Shown piece by piece: positions 24,182 through 32,000 of a stretch of DNA of 32,000 nt; the first letter of the stretch is position 1; every line of letters begins with the position of its first letter. The stretch is from Erysipelothrix larvae (GTDB taxonomy: Bacteria > Bacillota_I > Bacilli_A > Erysipelotrichales > Erysipelotrichaceae). The translations under genes and the position numbers were made by a program. The notes below the pieces were generated by a model. It did not search any database. It was not told the origin of the DNA and worked only from the letters and a program-made list of their open reading frames with translations. The stretch covers positions 1,710,001 through 1,742,000 of the forward strand of contig NZ_CP013213.1 in the NCBI RefSeq assembly GCF_001545095.1, read 5' to 3'.

Positions 24182-25699
24182 ATGCAAAGCAAACGTTTAT
24201 TCTTTCTATTGAACTTTGATAAGCAATTTAGTCGGCAAATACAGACAATTGAATATTTAAGTTCACTTAAAACGCCCATTAGTATTAACGATCTTTCGAT
24301 AAAAATTGGTTGTTCTATGCCGACAATGCGTAGTGATATTAACGCCTTAAACAATGAACTTCCAAACACTGTTCAAATTGAAGCACAAGGAAAAGATGGT
24401 TATGTATTACGTGCACCGGATGGGATATCCATGCCATCGATTATTATGGATTTAGCGAAAGAAACGGATGTTTTTCGAATCATTGATTCGCTCTTCAACA
24501 ATCAAGTCTATACCTTCGATGAGATGGTATCAGAATTGTTTATTAATCCCTGTACCCTTCGAAATATCTTGGCCCACATTAATTCAATTATTAAGCATTT
24601 TAACATCTCTATTTCGACCTCTCCGGTAACCTTCATTGGTTCTGAAACAGATATTCGTTTGTTCTTTTATAAATTCTATTATGATTTTAATGATTACTAT
24701 ACGGTTGATCCTGAATTTAATAAGAACTACAATGCCTATATTTCTATCATTAGTGATTCAAAAGAAAGCATTACCCCTCGAATTCATGTGAGTCATTTTA
24801 GAGCAACACTTTGGATTATGATTATTCGACAACGGATTCAAGCGAAATTGTATGTGGAGTTGGATGATGCCTTCAAACATCAAATTATGGCAAATGAAGA
24901 TTTCGAATGTTTCAAACAATCCTTTACGGCTGCTTTCGCAAGTTCTTTCTATATATATAAACCACCCCTCGATGACATCATCTGGGCGTATGTTGCACTT
25001 TTACACTGCATATCCTATAGTGAGCCATCCCGTAACCTATTTACAGACGATAAATATGAGTATGTGTTGCACCGGTGTGTTAGTCAAGATTTAATCGATC
25101 GTGTCAATGACTTTTTGGCTCTTGAGTTTGATATGGAAACCGTAAAAAGTCCATACCTTGATAAGATGCGGGCTTACCTGATTAATTTATCGATGTTAAC
25201 GAATTTGTCTCCTCAGTTTCAAAGTTTATCCGTCACAACACGTCTATTTGTTACCGAGTCGCTCAATGAATACTATATGATCTGGATGAAAAATTTGTAT
25301 TCAAAAGAAGGACAAGCATTGTTCCCTATTATTTGCCGTGATGATATTGCACTCGCACTTGCGATGCTTTATTATTCTGTATTAAGCAATTTAAGAAAAC
25401 ACGACATTCGCATTCTCTTTTGCTTTCAAGGGGGTGTTGGCTATGACGATTTTCTAGTCCAACAGACTCGAAGCATGATTCCGCAAAATGTCGTTCCATT
25501 CTATGTTTTTGATCAAATCATTACTGAAGATATCTTTAAGAAAACAAATGCTGACCTTGTAGTTGTGAATTATGACTCTCCTGAATTTAATAATTTATCC
25601 ACACGCGTGATTCATTTTTCATACATTCCAACCATGTCGGAATGGTCCACATTGAGTAATATTATCTTGAGTCTATCCACTACCGATAAATACGCCTAA
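24182..25699 (+). CDS. Mga/AtxA-family (PCVR-like) transcriptional regulator, paralog 3
   Basis: GAAGGAG RBS. 505 aa. ISINDLSIKIGCSMPTMRSDINALN, YTFDEMVSELFINPCTLRNILAHIN...IGSETDIRLF, ILFCFQGGVGYDDF...LVVVNYD. It is the closest paralog of the 2450 ORF. Confidence 0.8.
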   Translation: MQSKRLFFLLNFDKQFSRQIQTIEYLSSLKTPISINDLSIKIGCSMPTMRSDINALNNELPNTVQIEAQGKDGYVLRAPDGISMPSIIMDLAKETDVFRIIDSLFNNQVYTFDEMVSELFINPCTLRNILAHINSIIKHFNISISTSPVTFIGSETDIRLFFYKFYYDFNDYYTVDPEFNKNYNAYISIISDSKESITPRIHVSHFRATLWIMIIRQRIQAKLYVELDDAFKHQIMANEDFECFKQSFTAAFASSFYIYKPPLDDIIWAYVALLHCISYSEPSRNLFTDDKYEYVLHRCVSQDLIDRVNDFLALEFDMETVKSPYLDKMRAYLINLSMLTNLSPQFQSLSVTTRLFVTESLNEYYMIWMKNLYSKEGQALFPIICRDDIALALAMLYYSVLSNLRKHDIRILFCFQGGVGYDDFLVQQTRSMIPQNVVPFYVFDQIITEDIFKKTNADLVVVNYDSPEFNNLSTRVIHFSYIPTMSEWSTLSNIILSLSTTDKYA

Positions 25700-25778
25700 A
25701 CCTTGCCTAAATTTAAGACCACATTACTTTACTTTATAGTACTTTATGTTTACGATAAAGGTACAAGGAGGCTCAAAT

Positions 25779-26414
25779 ATGAAATTAGGAATTATTGGTG
25801 CAACCGGTAAATTGGGGACGCTTTTAATGGATGAAGCATTGAAACGACATCTTGATGTAACTGCAATCATTCGTAACCCTAAAAAACTGATTCAAGCTGC
25901 ACCTTATATTGAAAAGGATATACTCGCATTGACTCATGAAGATATTACACAATTTGATGTTGTTATATCTGCGTTTGGAGCACCTCAAAATGATCCAGCA
26001 TTGTTTGATGATGTAACCGATCATCTTATTGATATATTTACCAATGCTTCAACCCGTCTTATTATTGTAGGCGGTGCATCCAGTCTTTATACTGATGAGA
26101 CGTTGACGATTCAACTCATCGATACCCCACAAATTCCCGACTTTCTCAAAGTCTTTGCATCACCAATGGTAAATGCACTGGATAAGTATCGAAACAGTGA
26201 CATCAATTGGACATTTTTTAGTCCTTCGCTTAAATTTGATGCAAAAGGACCATTCTCACATAATATTCGTCTGGGACAAGATGTTGTGTTAACCAATACA
26301 CAGGGCAACAGTATCTTAACCTACCCGGATGCTGCACAGCTTCTCATCGATGAAGCACTTGAGAATAAGTATCATAAAAAGCGGTTCACTGCTGTGAGTA
26401 ATCTCAATACATAA
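25779..26414 (+). CDS. NAD(P)H-binding oxidoreductase (atypical SDR, YwnB-like)
   Basis: I call ATG 25779 (AAGGAGG 7 nt upstream), giving MKLGIIGATGKLGTLLMDEAL, a Rossmann GxxGxxG at the N-terminus. The track's upstream start at 25746 lacks an RBS. Confidence 0.8.
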   Translation: MKLGIIGATGKLGTLLMDEALKRHLDVTAIIRNPKKLIQAAPYIEKDILALTHEDITQFDVVISAFGAPQNDPALFDDVTDHLIDIFTNASTRLIIVGGASSLYTDETLTIQLIDTPQIPDFLKVFASPMVNALDKYRNSDINWTFFSPSLKFDAKGPFSHNIRLGQDVVLTNTQGNSILTYPDAAQLLIDEALENKYHKKRFTAVSNLNT

Positions 26415-26416
26415 AC

Positions 26417-26442
26417 AAACAGGTTCACGTGAACCTGTTTTC
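26417..26442. terminator. Bidirectional terminator
   Basis: AAACAGGTTCAC/GTGAACCTGTTT perfect palindrome plus TTTCTT, between convergent stops at 26414 and 26443. Confidence 0.8.
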
Positions 26443-27543
26443 TTATGCTTCAATATCAAAGGTTGAAACGATGCTGGTATGGGAGAGGCGTTCATAGAAG
26501 AAATTATTGTGTTGGGTGCTGATTTCCCATAGGATATGAGCACCTAAGACACCAAGATACGAAAGACTCATTAGCACAATCGAAACATCCATGACGACAT
26601 CAACAACTTCTTGAGAATTTACATAGATGATGAGTTGATTGAACGCTTCAGGTACGAGTAAGACAAATACCACAAACATAAGGGTTCTGATAAGGGCTTG
26701 ATAACGCAAGTTTTCCTTATCTGAAGTAAACGTAATATTAGTAAGACGCATTCCAATGGTCGAGCCATTGAGTAGCATAATCATGCAGGATGCATAGACA
26801 AGATAACCTAGTGCAATCCATACATCTTGGTTTACATTGAAAACAACACTCAATGAGACACTCACGATGAATCGATCCACACTCAGTGCCACAAACCGTC
26901 TCAGTATGCTGACATGCGATGCACGGCTTTGCGCGGTATTAATCATGGTTTCTTTTGAGATAAAAAGCACTTTGAATAGAGGCGCAATGGCATATCCCAT
27001 CATCCCACCCAACGTATTCAACATCAAATCATCCACATCAAACAATCGATATGGGCGGGGATAAATACCATAGAGTCCTGAAAGCTGGGTAAGTTCAAAA
27101 AATAAAGCACATAAGAAACTACACAGAACCGTCTTTTTATAGTCAAGGTTGAATAAATAACGCATAAAGATACCAAAGGGTACCGTTAAAAGTAGGTTGA
27201 AAATTGGCTGTGTAAAAACGCCTTGTTTGAGTGCAGGCCAATAGGTGCTTGGGTCAAGGATTCTTAGAACACTGTGTGTAAATAAATCAAAAAGCACACT
27301 AAATGGCATGAGTTGCATGGTTGGTCCTGTCATATTCGAAACATCTTCAACAGATGGTAAGGGTAAGATTACCATAAAATACGCACAGATTGCATAAAAA
27401 ATGAATGCATATACCAAGAATGCACGGTTCCATACGATACTGCCATACTTATAATAATTAAATGCTAAGTATGGGATTGTAAGAACTAAAGCTGTGACTC
27501 CAAATATTAATATCCCAACATAAATATTGTGAATATAGCCCAT
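26443..27543 (-). CDS. VanZ-family membrane protein with a C-terminal RDD-like domain
   Basis: Multi-pass hydrophobic protein. FFELTQLSG...FDVDDLMLNTLGGMMGYAIAPLF is the VanZ signature. After ~residue 210, RRFVALSVDRFIVSV plus three more TM segments resembles RDD. Confidence 0.7.
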   Translation of the reverse strand: MGYIHNIYVGILIFGVTALVLTIPYLAFNYYKYGSIVWNRAFLVYAFIFYAICAYFMVILPLPSVEDVSNMTGPTMQLMPFSVLFDLFTHSVLRILDPSTYWPALKQGVFTQPIFNLLLTVPFGIFMRYLFNLDYKKTVLCSFLCALFFELTQLSGLYGIYPRPYRLFDVDDLMLNTLGGMMGYAIAPLFKVLFISKETMINTAQSRASHVSILRRFVALSVDRFIVSVSLSVVFNVNQDVWIALGYLVYASCMIMLLNGSTIGMRLTNITFTSDKENLRYQALIRTLMFVVFVLLVPEAFNQLIIYVNSQEVVDVVMDVSIVLMSLSYLGVLGAHILWEISTQHNNFFYERLSHTSIVSTFDIEA

Positions 27544-27562
27544 AAATTCCCCTTTTTATTTT

Positions 27563-27571
27563 ATTCTACCA
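27563..27571 (-). promoter_or_regulatory. Candidate extended -10 promoter TGGTAGAAT for the VanZ-like gene
   Basis: The minus strand reads cttaTGGTAGAATaaa, ~20 nt upstream of the ATG. Confidence 0.4.
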
Positions 27572-27612
27572 TAAGGTACGTGACGTAAAATACACCATTT
27601 TTTTCACATTTA

Positions 27613-27636
27613 TAAAAAAACTGTCCAAAGACAGTC
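27613..27636 (-). terminator. Terminator of the 153-aa lipoprotein gene
   Basis: The minus strand reads ACTGTC-TTTG-GACAGT followed by TTTTTTT. Confidence 0.7.
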
Positions 27637-27669
27637 TTAAATCGTTGATTTGATGATTTTACCACCTAA

Positions 27670-28131
27670 CTAATCATCACAGGTATACCCTGATTCCTTT
27701 AAGTTCTTCAGTGTTAAGTCTAACGCAATGTATTCATAGTCTTCTGAATCAAGATAACCAATATCTGCAAGGTAGGTAAAAGAAACCGTATTATAGTCAA
27801 AGTGTATCGTCTCAACAACAAATGCATCATCCATGGTATAGCTGTAATCCAATCCATCAATGCCATCATAAACCACAGCATCACGATAATTATATTCTTC
27901 TTGGATTTCTTCTTTTGTTAATTGACCACTTGCGACATCGGGTGCATAGTCACGAAGAATCACAATATCGTTGGTTTGAACTTTATTATCTACTGAGACA
28001 AAGGTTTCCTGATAGGTATCCCCAATCTCATCTGTATAGCTACAATTCACCGTTGTATCTAGGTTACTGGTAGCACTACATCCACTCAACAATCCAAATA
28101 GTATCCCCCCTATTATCACATGTTTTCGCAT
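27670..28131 (-). CDS. Lipoprotein, possibly DUF1307/YehR-like
   Basis: MRKHVIIGGILFGLLSGCSAT has an LSGC lipobox. It is a small acidic protein ending ...TLKNLKESGYTCDD. AAAGGAG RBS. Confidence 0.65.
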   Translation of the reverse strand: MRKHVIIGGILFGLLSGCSATSNLDTTVNCSYTDEIGDTYQETFVSVDNKVQTNDIVILRDYAPDVASGQLTKEEIQEEYNYRDAVVYDGIDGLDYSYTMDDAFVVETIHFDYNTVSFTYLADIGYLDSEDYEYIALDLTLKNLKESGYTCDD

Positions 28132-28735
28132 GAGGTTTTGTCTCCTTTGCTTATAAATAGTGTACCATTATTCATCCTACACCTGCATTCATATGCCTTA
28201 AATTAACCCACTTCACAAACTAATCATTACGATACAACGCGAGCTTTCGTATACGCTTGATACGATGTCTATGAGGTTTAGTTATTATGAATAATCGACT
28301 CATTATGCACATTGATTTTCATCATTACGATCTACAATTTATAGAGATGGTATCTATTGGTCGTAAAACCAAACCGAAGCTCAATCACGTGGGTATTTAT
28401 GCTATTGGTGATCGTACCTTAGGTGATGAAAACATAGTTTGATCTGTGATATCGATATCCCTTTGGTCAACTGAACTTAATGGATTTACACAATAACACA
28501 AAACTTTGTTCCAAAACACAGGGTCATAATCTATCCAGCCTACAATCAAGACTTTGACTTAACTCAAAATTCTGAAAATCAAATTCTTATAATGCGTGAA
28601 TCTGCTTACTCAATATGTAATTTATGAAACCTTACACCAAAAAGGTGAATTTTAAAGGAATCTATCTTGAAACTTGAGCTGATTTCTGACATAGTGTACT
28701 CATTAAGTTTAAGTCTAAATATAAGGAGGATGACA

Positions 28736-29296
28736 ATGGAACAGCTTGTAAATCGTATTAAAACAGAAGCCATTATAAAAAATGAGAAAATATTGGATGT
28801 ATCGGGTTTTTTCAACACCCGCATTGACCCACAGTTAATGCATGCACTCGGACATGACTTTCACGATCATTTTCAATCTCTTGAGTTTGATCTTTATGTT
28901 ACTGTCGAAAGTTCAGGTATTGCACCGACACTGAGTGCAAGCATAGCATCACAAAAACCCATGGTAGTTATAAAGAAAGAAATGACATCAAAACAATCGG
29001 ATGATATCGTTCAGATCCCCTGTTATTCCTATACAAAAGATCATACCTTTTATCTCACAGTACAGCGTCTCCACATCGCAGGAAAGCGGATTGTCTTGAT
29101 TGATGATTTTCTTGCAGATGGCAATGTACTCGATGCAACAATCGCCCTCCTTCACCAAAGTGGTGCTCAGGTTTGTGGACTTGGAATATGCATTGCGAAA
29201 ACCTTCCAAAAGGGATATGAAAAAGCACTGAATCTTCACATACCTTTAGTCCTTCAAGCAAAAGTTTTATCATTAAGTCCATTAGTAGTAGAATAA
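28736..29296 (+). CDS. xpt: Xanthine phosphoribosyltransferase
   Basis: MEQLVNRIKTEAII...ILDVSGFFNTRIDPQLM...VTVESSGIAP...VLIDDFLADGN aligns with Bacillus Xpt, including the PRPP-binding loop. I prefer ATG 28736 (AGGAGG 6 nt upstream) over the track's 28667 start. Confidence 0.9.
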   Translation: MEQLVNRIKTEAIIKNEKILDVSGFFNTRIDPQLMHALGHDFHDHFQSLEFDLYVTVESSGIAPTLSASIASQKPMVVIKKEMTSKQSDDIVQIPCYSYTKDHTFYLTVQRLHIAGKRIVLIDDFLADGNVLDATIALLHQSGAQVCGLGICIAKTFQKGYEKALNLHIPLVLQAKVLSLSPLVVE

Positions 29297-29366
29297 GTGA
29301 AAATGATGATTGAAATTTTTTTTAAAAGGAGTACTATTAGATGGTATAGAAAGAGGTTTGAAATCA

Positions 29367-31352
29367 GTGGAGAAACATACAGTCAATAAAAAAGCACTTG
29401 GAGGAATCTTAGTTGCTTTAGGGGTTGTTTATGGTGATATTGGAACATCACCACTTTACGTTATGAAAGCAATGCTTGAAGGAAACGGGGGCATCCAATA
29501 TGTCGATGAAACATATATTTTAGGGGCAGTATCCTTAGTATTTTGGACTCTCACTTTATTAACAACAATCAAATATGTACTTATAGCATTAAAGGCAGAT
29601 AACCACGGGGAGGGTGGGATATTTGCTTTATTTACATTAGTAAAAAAACGCATGCGTTGGCTGATTATCCCTGCAATGCTTGGGGGAGCAGCACTGCTTG
29701 CTGATGGTATTTTAACACCTGCCGTAACCGTTACAACTGCAATTGAAGGACTTCGAAGTGCCTTATCAACGCATGTGGGTCATACCATGTCTCAAAACAC
29801 AATTATCATCATTGTAATTGTGATTATCAGTACGTTATTTGCTTTCCAACGATTTGGCACAGAAAAAGTAGGACGTGTCTTTGGACCTGTCATGTTTGTT
29901 TGGTTTACAACACTTGCCGTCTTTGGTATCTATAACTTATCCAAAGACTTTACAATTATTCGTGCGTTATCGCCAACATATGCATTACAAGTGTTATTCT
30001 CACCATCCAACAAAAGTGGTATCTTAATCTTGGGTATGGTCTTCCTCTCCACAACTGGAGCAGAAGCCCTTTATTCTGATATGGGACATGTTGGACGTAA
30101 AAACATATACTTCACATGGCCTTATGTCAAAGTATGTCTTGTCTTGAATTACTTAGGCCAAGCAGCATGGATTTTATCCGCATCAAAAATGCCAGCATAT
30201 TATGAGATTGAAGCATTGAATCCATTTTATGAGATGGTACCACACAGCTTAGTCTTTGCGATGGTAATTCTCTCAACAACTGCAGCAATCATTGCATCAC
30301 AATCTTTAATTACTGGATCATACACCTTAGTATCTGAAGCCATTAAGCTCAACATGCTACCACGTATGAACATTCAATATCCAACCGACAACAAAGGTCA
30401 AGTTTATATCCCTGCGGTAAATACCATGTTATGGATCAGTTGTGTTGCCTGTGTTCTTTACTTTAGAACATCTGCCCACATGGAAGCTGCGTACGGGTTA
30501 TCCATCACAGTCACCATGTTAATGACAACCATCTTGCTTTACCAATACATGCGTCTTAAAAACCACAGTGTGCTTGTTTCGGGACTACTTATCGGATTTT
30601 TTGGATTGATTGAAACACTCTTCTTTATTTCAAGTCTCTCGAAATTCTTCCACGGTGGATTTGTTGCAGCATTTATGGCTTTAGCAATCTATGCAGTGAT
30701 GTACATTTGGACACGTGGAAACCTAGTCATGAAAAAAGCAGCGCGAGCTGTGAAGATACCAGACTATATTGATCAAATTGACCTGTTAAGAAATGATAAG
30801 AGTTTACCTTTAGTCAATACAAACCTTGTTTACCTCACATCAAACAGTACAACTGATGAAGTAGACTATAAGATTATGTATTCACTATTAGACCGTAAAC
30901 CAAAACGTGCGAAAGTTTATTGGTTTGTGAATATCGAAGTAACGGATAAACCATATGGTGCACAATACCATGTTGATACCTTTGATACTAATTATGTCTT
31001 TAAGGTTCACCTTTACTTAGGATTCAGAATGAAACAACACATCAATGTATACTTACGTGAAATTGTTCAAGAACTCATGGAACAAGGTACAATTGATACA
31101 CAACCTCAAGAATACACGACTGTTAAGGGACGCGAAGTGGGTGACTTTGCCTTTATTCTACTTCGCGATGAATTATCCGTGGAATCGGGTCTCTCTAAGT
31201 TTGAACAATTTATCATGAGTACAAAAATCGCCATTAAACGAAGAACTGTACTTCCTGAGAAGTGGTTTGGCATTCAATACAGTGAAACAACAACAGAGAT
31301 TGTGCCAATTGCGATTCGCAAACCCCAACACATCGAGATTACCCAAGTATAA
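29367..31352 (+). CDS. kup: KUP/HAK/KT potassium uptake transporter
   Basis: ALGVVYGDIGTSPLYVMKA, the DNHGEGGIFAL signature and ~12 TM segments plus a cytoplasmic C-domain. The start is uncertain. The track's TTG 29310 has no RBS, whereas GTG 29367 follows AAGAGG by ~9 nt and gives a typical ~20-aa N-terminus. Confidence 0.9.
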   Translation: MEKHTVNKKALGGILVALGVVYGDIGTSPLYVMKAMLEGNGGIQYVDETYILGAVSLVFWTLTLLTTIKYVLIALKADNHGEGGIFALFTLVKKRMRWLIIPAMLGGAALLADGILTPAVTVTTAIEGLRSALSTHVGHTMSQNTIIIIVIVIISTLFAFQRFGTEKVGRVFGPVMFVWFTTLAVFGIYNLSKDFTIIRALSPTYALQVLFSPSNKSGILILGMVFLSTTGAEALYSDMGHVGRKNIYFTWPYVKVCLVLNYLGQAAWILSASKMPAYYEIEALNPFYEMVPHSLVFAMVILSTTAAIIASQSLITGSYTLVSEAIKLNMLPRMNIQYPTDNKGQVYIPAVNTMLWISCVACVLYFRTSAHMEAAYGLSITVTMLMTTILLYQYMRLKNHSVLVSGLLIGFFGLIETLFFISSLSKFFHGGFVAAFMALAIYAVMYIWTRGNLVMKKAARAVKIPDYIDQIDLLRNDKSLPLVNTNLVYLTSNSTTDEVDYKIMYSLLDRKPKRAKVYWFVNIEVTDKPYGAQYHVDTFDTNYVFKVHLYLGFRMKQHINVYLREIVQELMEQGTIDTQPQEYTTVKGREVGDFAFILLRDELSVESGLSKFEQFIMSTKIAIKRRTVLPEKWFGIQYSETTTEIVPIAIRKPQHIEITQV

Positions 31353-31358
31353 CAAAAC

Positions 31359-31397
31359 AAGGTTGAGTCCTCTTAGAGGCTTCAACCTTTTCTTTTG
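31359..31397. terminator. kup terminator, possibly bidirectional
   Basis: AAGGTTGAG-TCCTCTTAGAGGC-TTCAACCTT followed by TTCTTTTG. It lies in the convergent gap before the lipoprotein stop at 31437. Confidence 0.7.
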
Positions 31398-31436
31398 TAT
31401 CAAGTCTTATAAATGTATTCAAATTATGATGTCGGA

Positions 31437-31982
31437 TTATCTGAAGCTCATAAAGAACATCACAGTTTCAATCATATTCAGTTGGTTATTTTGAAACTTC
31501 ATATAGCTTACTTGTATCGTATAAACCGTATCCTTGCTGATGTTATTCAAGTCGATTTGAACATGATCACCATCAACCCATTCATAAGGTATTATAAGTT
31601 CTCTTTCACTATCAGAAATGATAATGTGTACAGAAACAGGCAGCTCAAATTGTTTATTCAAGTATAGAGTAACAACACCATCTGATTCTAATACATTAAT
31701 TTTTGTGTCCAACTCTTTCTTTTGATTTATAAAATTTTCCATAAGTGTTGAGTCAACTTTTTCAGCAGTGATTGTGTTAGTGACTAAACTCGAATTATCA
31801 ATCATTTTATGTGAGATGATTGGGTACAAATCATTTTGATACATCATATAGATGCCTTGATTGGCTTGTAGGGTTATAGTGTTCTCTTCCTGTTTGGTAC
31901 TGGTACATCCTGTAAACATGCCGAGCAACACTAATGCTAGCACTAAAATACGCGCTTTGGACACAATATTATGTTTCTTCAT
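31437..31982 (-). CDS. Lipoprotein of unknown function
   Basis: I call ATG 31982 (AAAGGAGAG upstream), giving MKKHNIVSKARILVLALVLLGMFTGCTST with an FTGC lipobox. The track's ATG at 32000 overlaps the RBS. Confidence 0.6.
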   Translation of the reverse strand: MKKHNIVSKARILVLALVLLGMFTGCTSTKQEENTITLQANQGIYMMYQNDLYPIISHKMIDNSSLVTNTITAEKVDSTLMENFINQKKELDTKINVLESDGVVTLYLNKQFELPVSVHIIISDSERELIIPYEWVDGDHVQIDLNNISKDTVYTIQVSYMKFQNNQLNMIETVMFFMSFR

Positions 31983-32000
31983 GAATTCTCTCCTTTTCAT

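Noticed and set aside
28287-28442. 51-codon ORF MNNRLIMHIDFHHYDLQFIEMVSIGRKTKPKLNHVGIYAIGDRTLGDENIV. The IxHxD..Y start faintly recalls the N-terminus of Y-family DNA polymerases.
   Set aside because: The similarity is limited to a few residues. There is no convincing RBS and the ORF is far too short. At most it is a decayed gene remnant, which I cannot support from sequence alone.
28443-28735. Expected purine (guanine/xanthine) riboswitch in front of xpt.
   Set aside because: I looked for the conserved TATAAT..GGATATGG..GTTTCTACC..CCGTAAAT..ACTA core on the plus strand and did not find it. Only a TATAAT box (28588-28593) and weak hairpins are present. I cannot exclude a divergent leader element without a covariance-model scan (Rfam RF00167).
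1-32000. Scan for CRISPR repeats, tRNA/rRNA genes, phage or defence-system genes, and invertible promoter switches (inverted repeats plus recombinase).
   Set aside because: I saw no regularly spaced short repeats, no tRNA-like acceptor/T-arm motifs, no recombinase or invertase gene, and no nuclease-, ATPase- or methylase-type ORFs. The only mobile gene set is the ISL3 element.

Overview
AT-rich, low-GC Firmicutes-type chromosome segment (strong AGGAGG ribosome-binding sites, TGnTAnnAT extended -10 promoters, hairpin plus T-run terminators). The taxon is an inference. All family assignments come from motifs I recognise by eye; no searches were run.

About 1-25.7 kb is an accessory cell-surface locus. 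It contains:
- a partial MSCRAMM/collagen-binding-type adhesin that runs off the left edge and is missing from the ORF track
- three paralogous Mga/AtxA-like (PCVR-type) regulators, each divergent from a surface-protein gene
- four paralogous secreted proteins (549, 622, 540 and 618 aa after start-codon correction), each with a SipW-class leader, a conserved ~300-aa N-domain and a divergent C-domain ending WLRSP...RPALWISI (DUF6273-like)
- an ER/archaeal-type signal peptidase (SipW-like) whose stop overlaps the start of an 858-aa LPETG-anchored protein that carries the same unusual leader

One regulator lost its last ~19 codons to a 2,525-bp ISL3-family insertion with an 8-bp target duplication. 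The displaced 3' end is still readable downstream of the IS. Two of the secreted-protein genes form a 2,199-bp-period tandem duplication: near-identical over ~1.1 kb (promoter, leader, N-domain), then abruptly divergent. adhE and an aldose-1-epimerase gene sit inside the locus.

The right third is ordinary: an NAD(P)H-binding oxidoreductase, a VanZ/RDD membrane protein, two lipoproteins, xpt and kup. I recognised no rRNA, tRNA or CRISPR array.

The candidate system is a tapA-sipW-tasA-like export/assembly module with a multi-paralog, C-terminally variable substrate family under Mga-like control.
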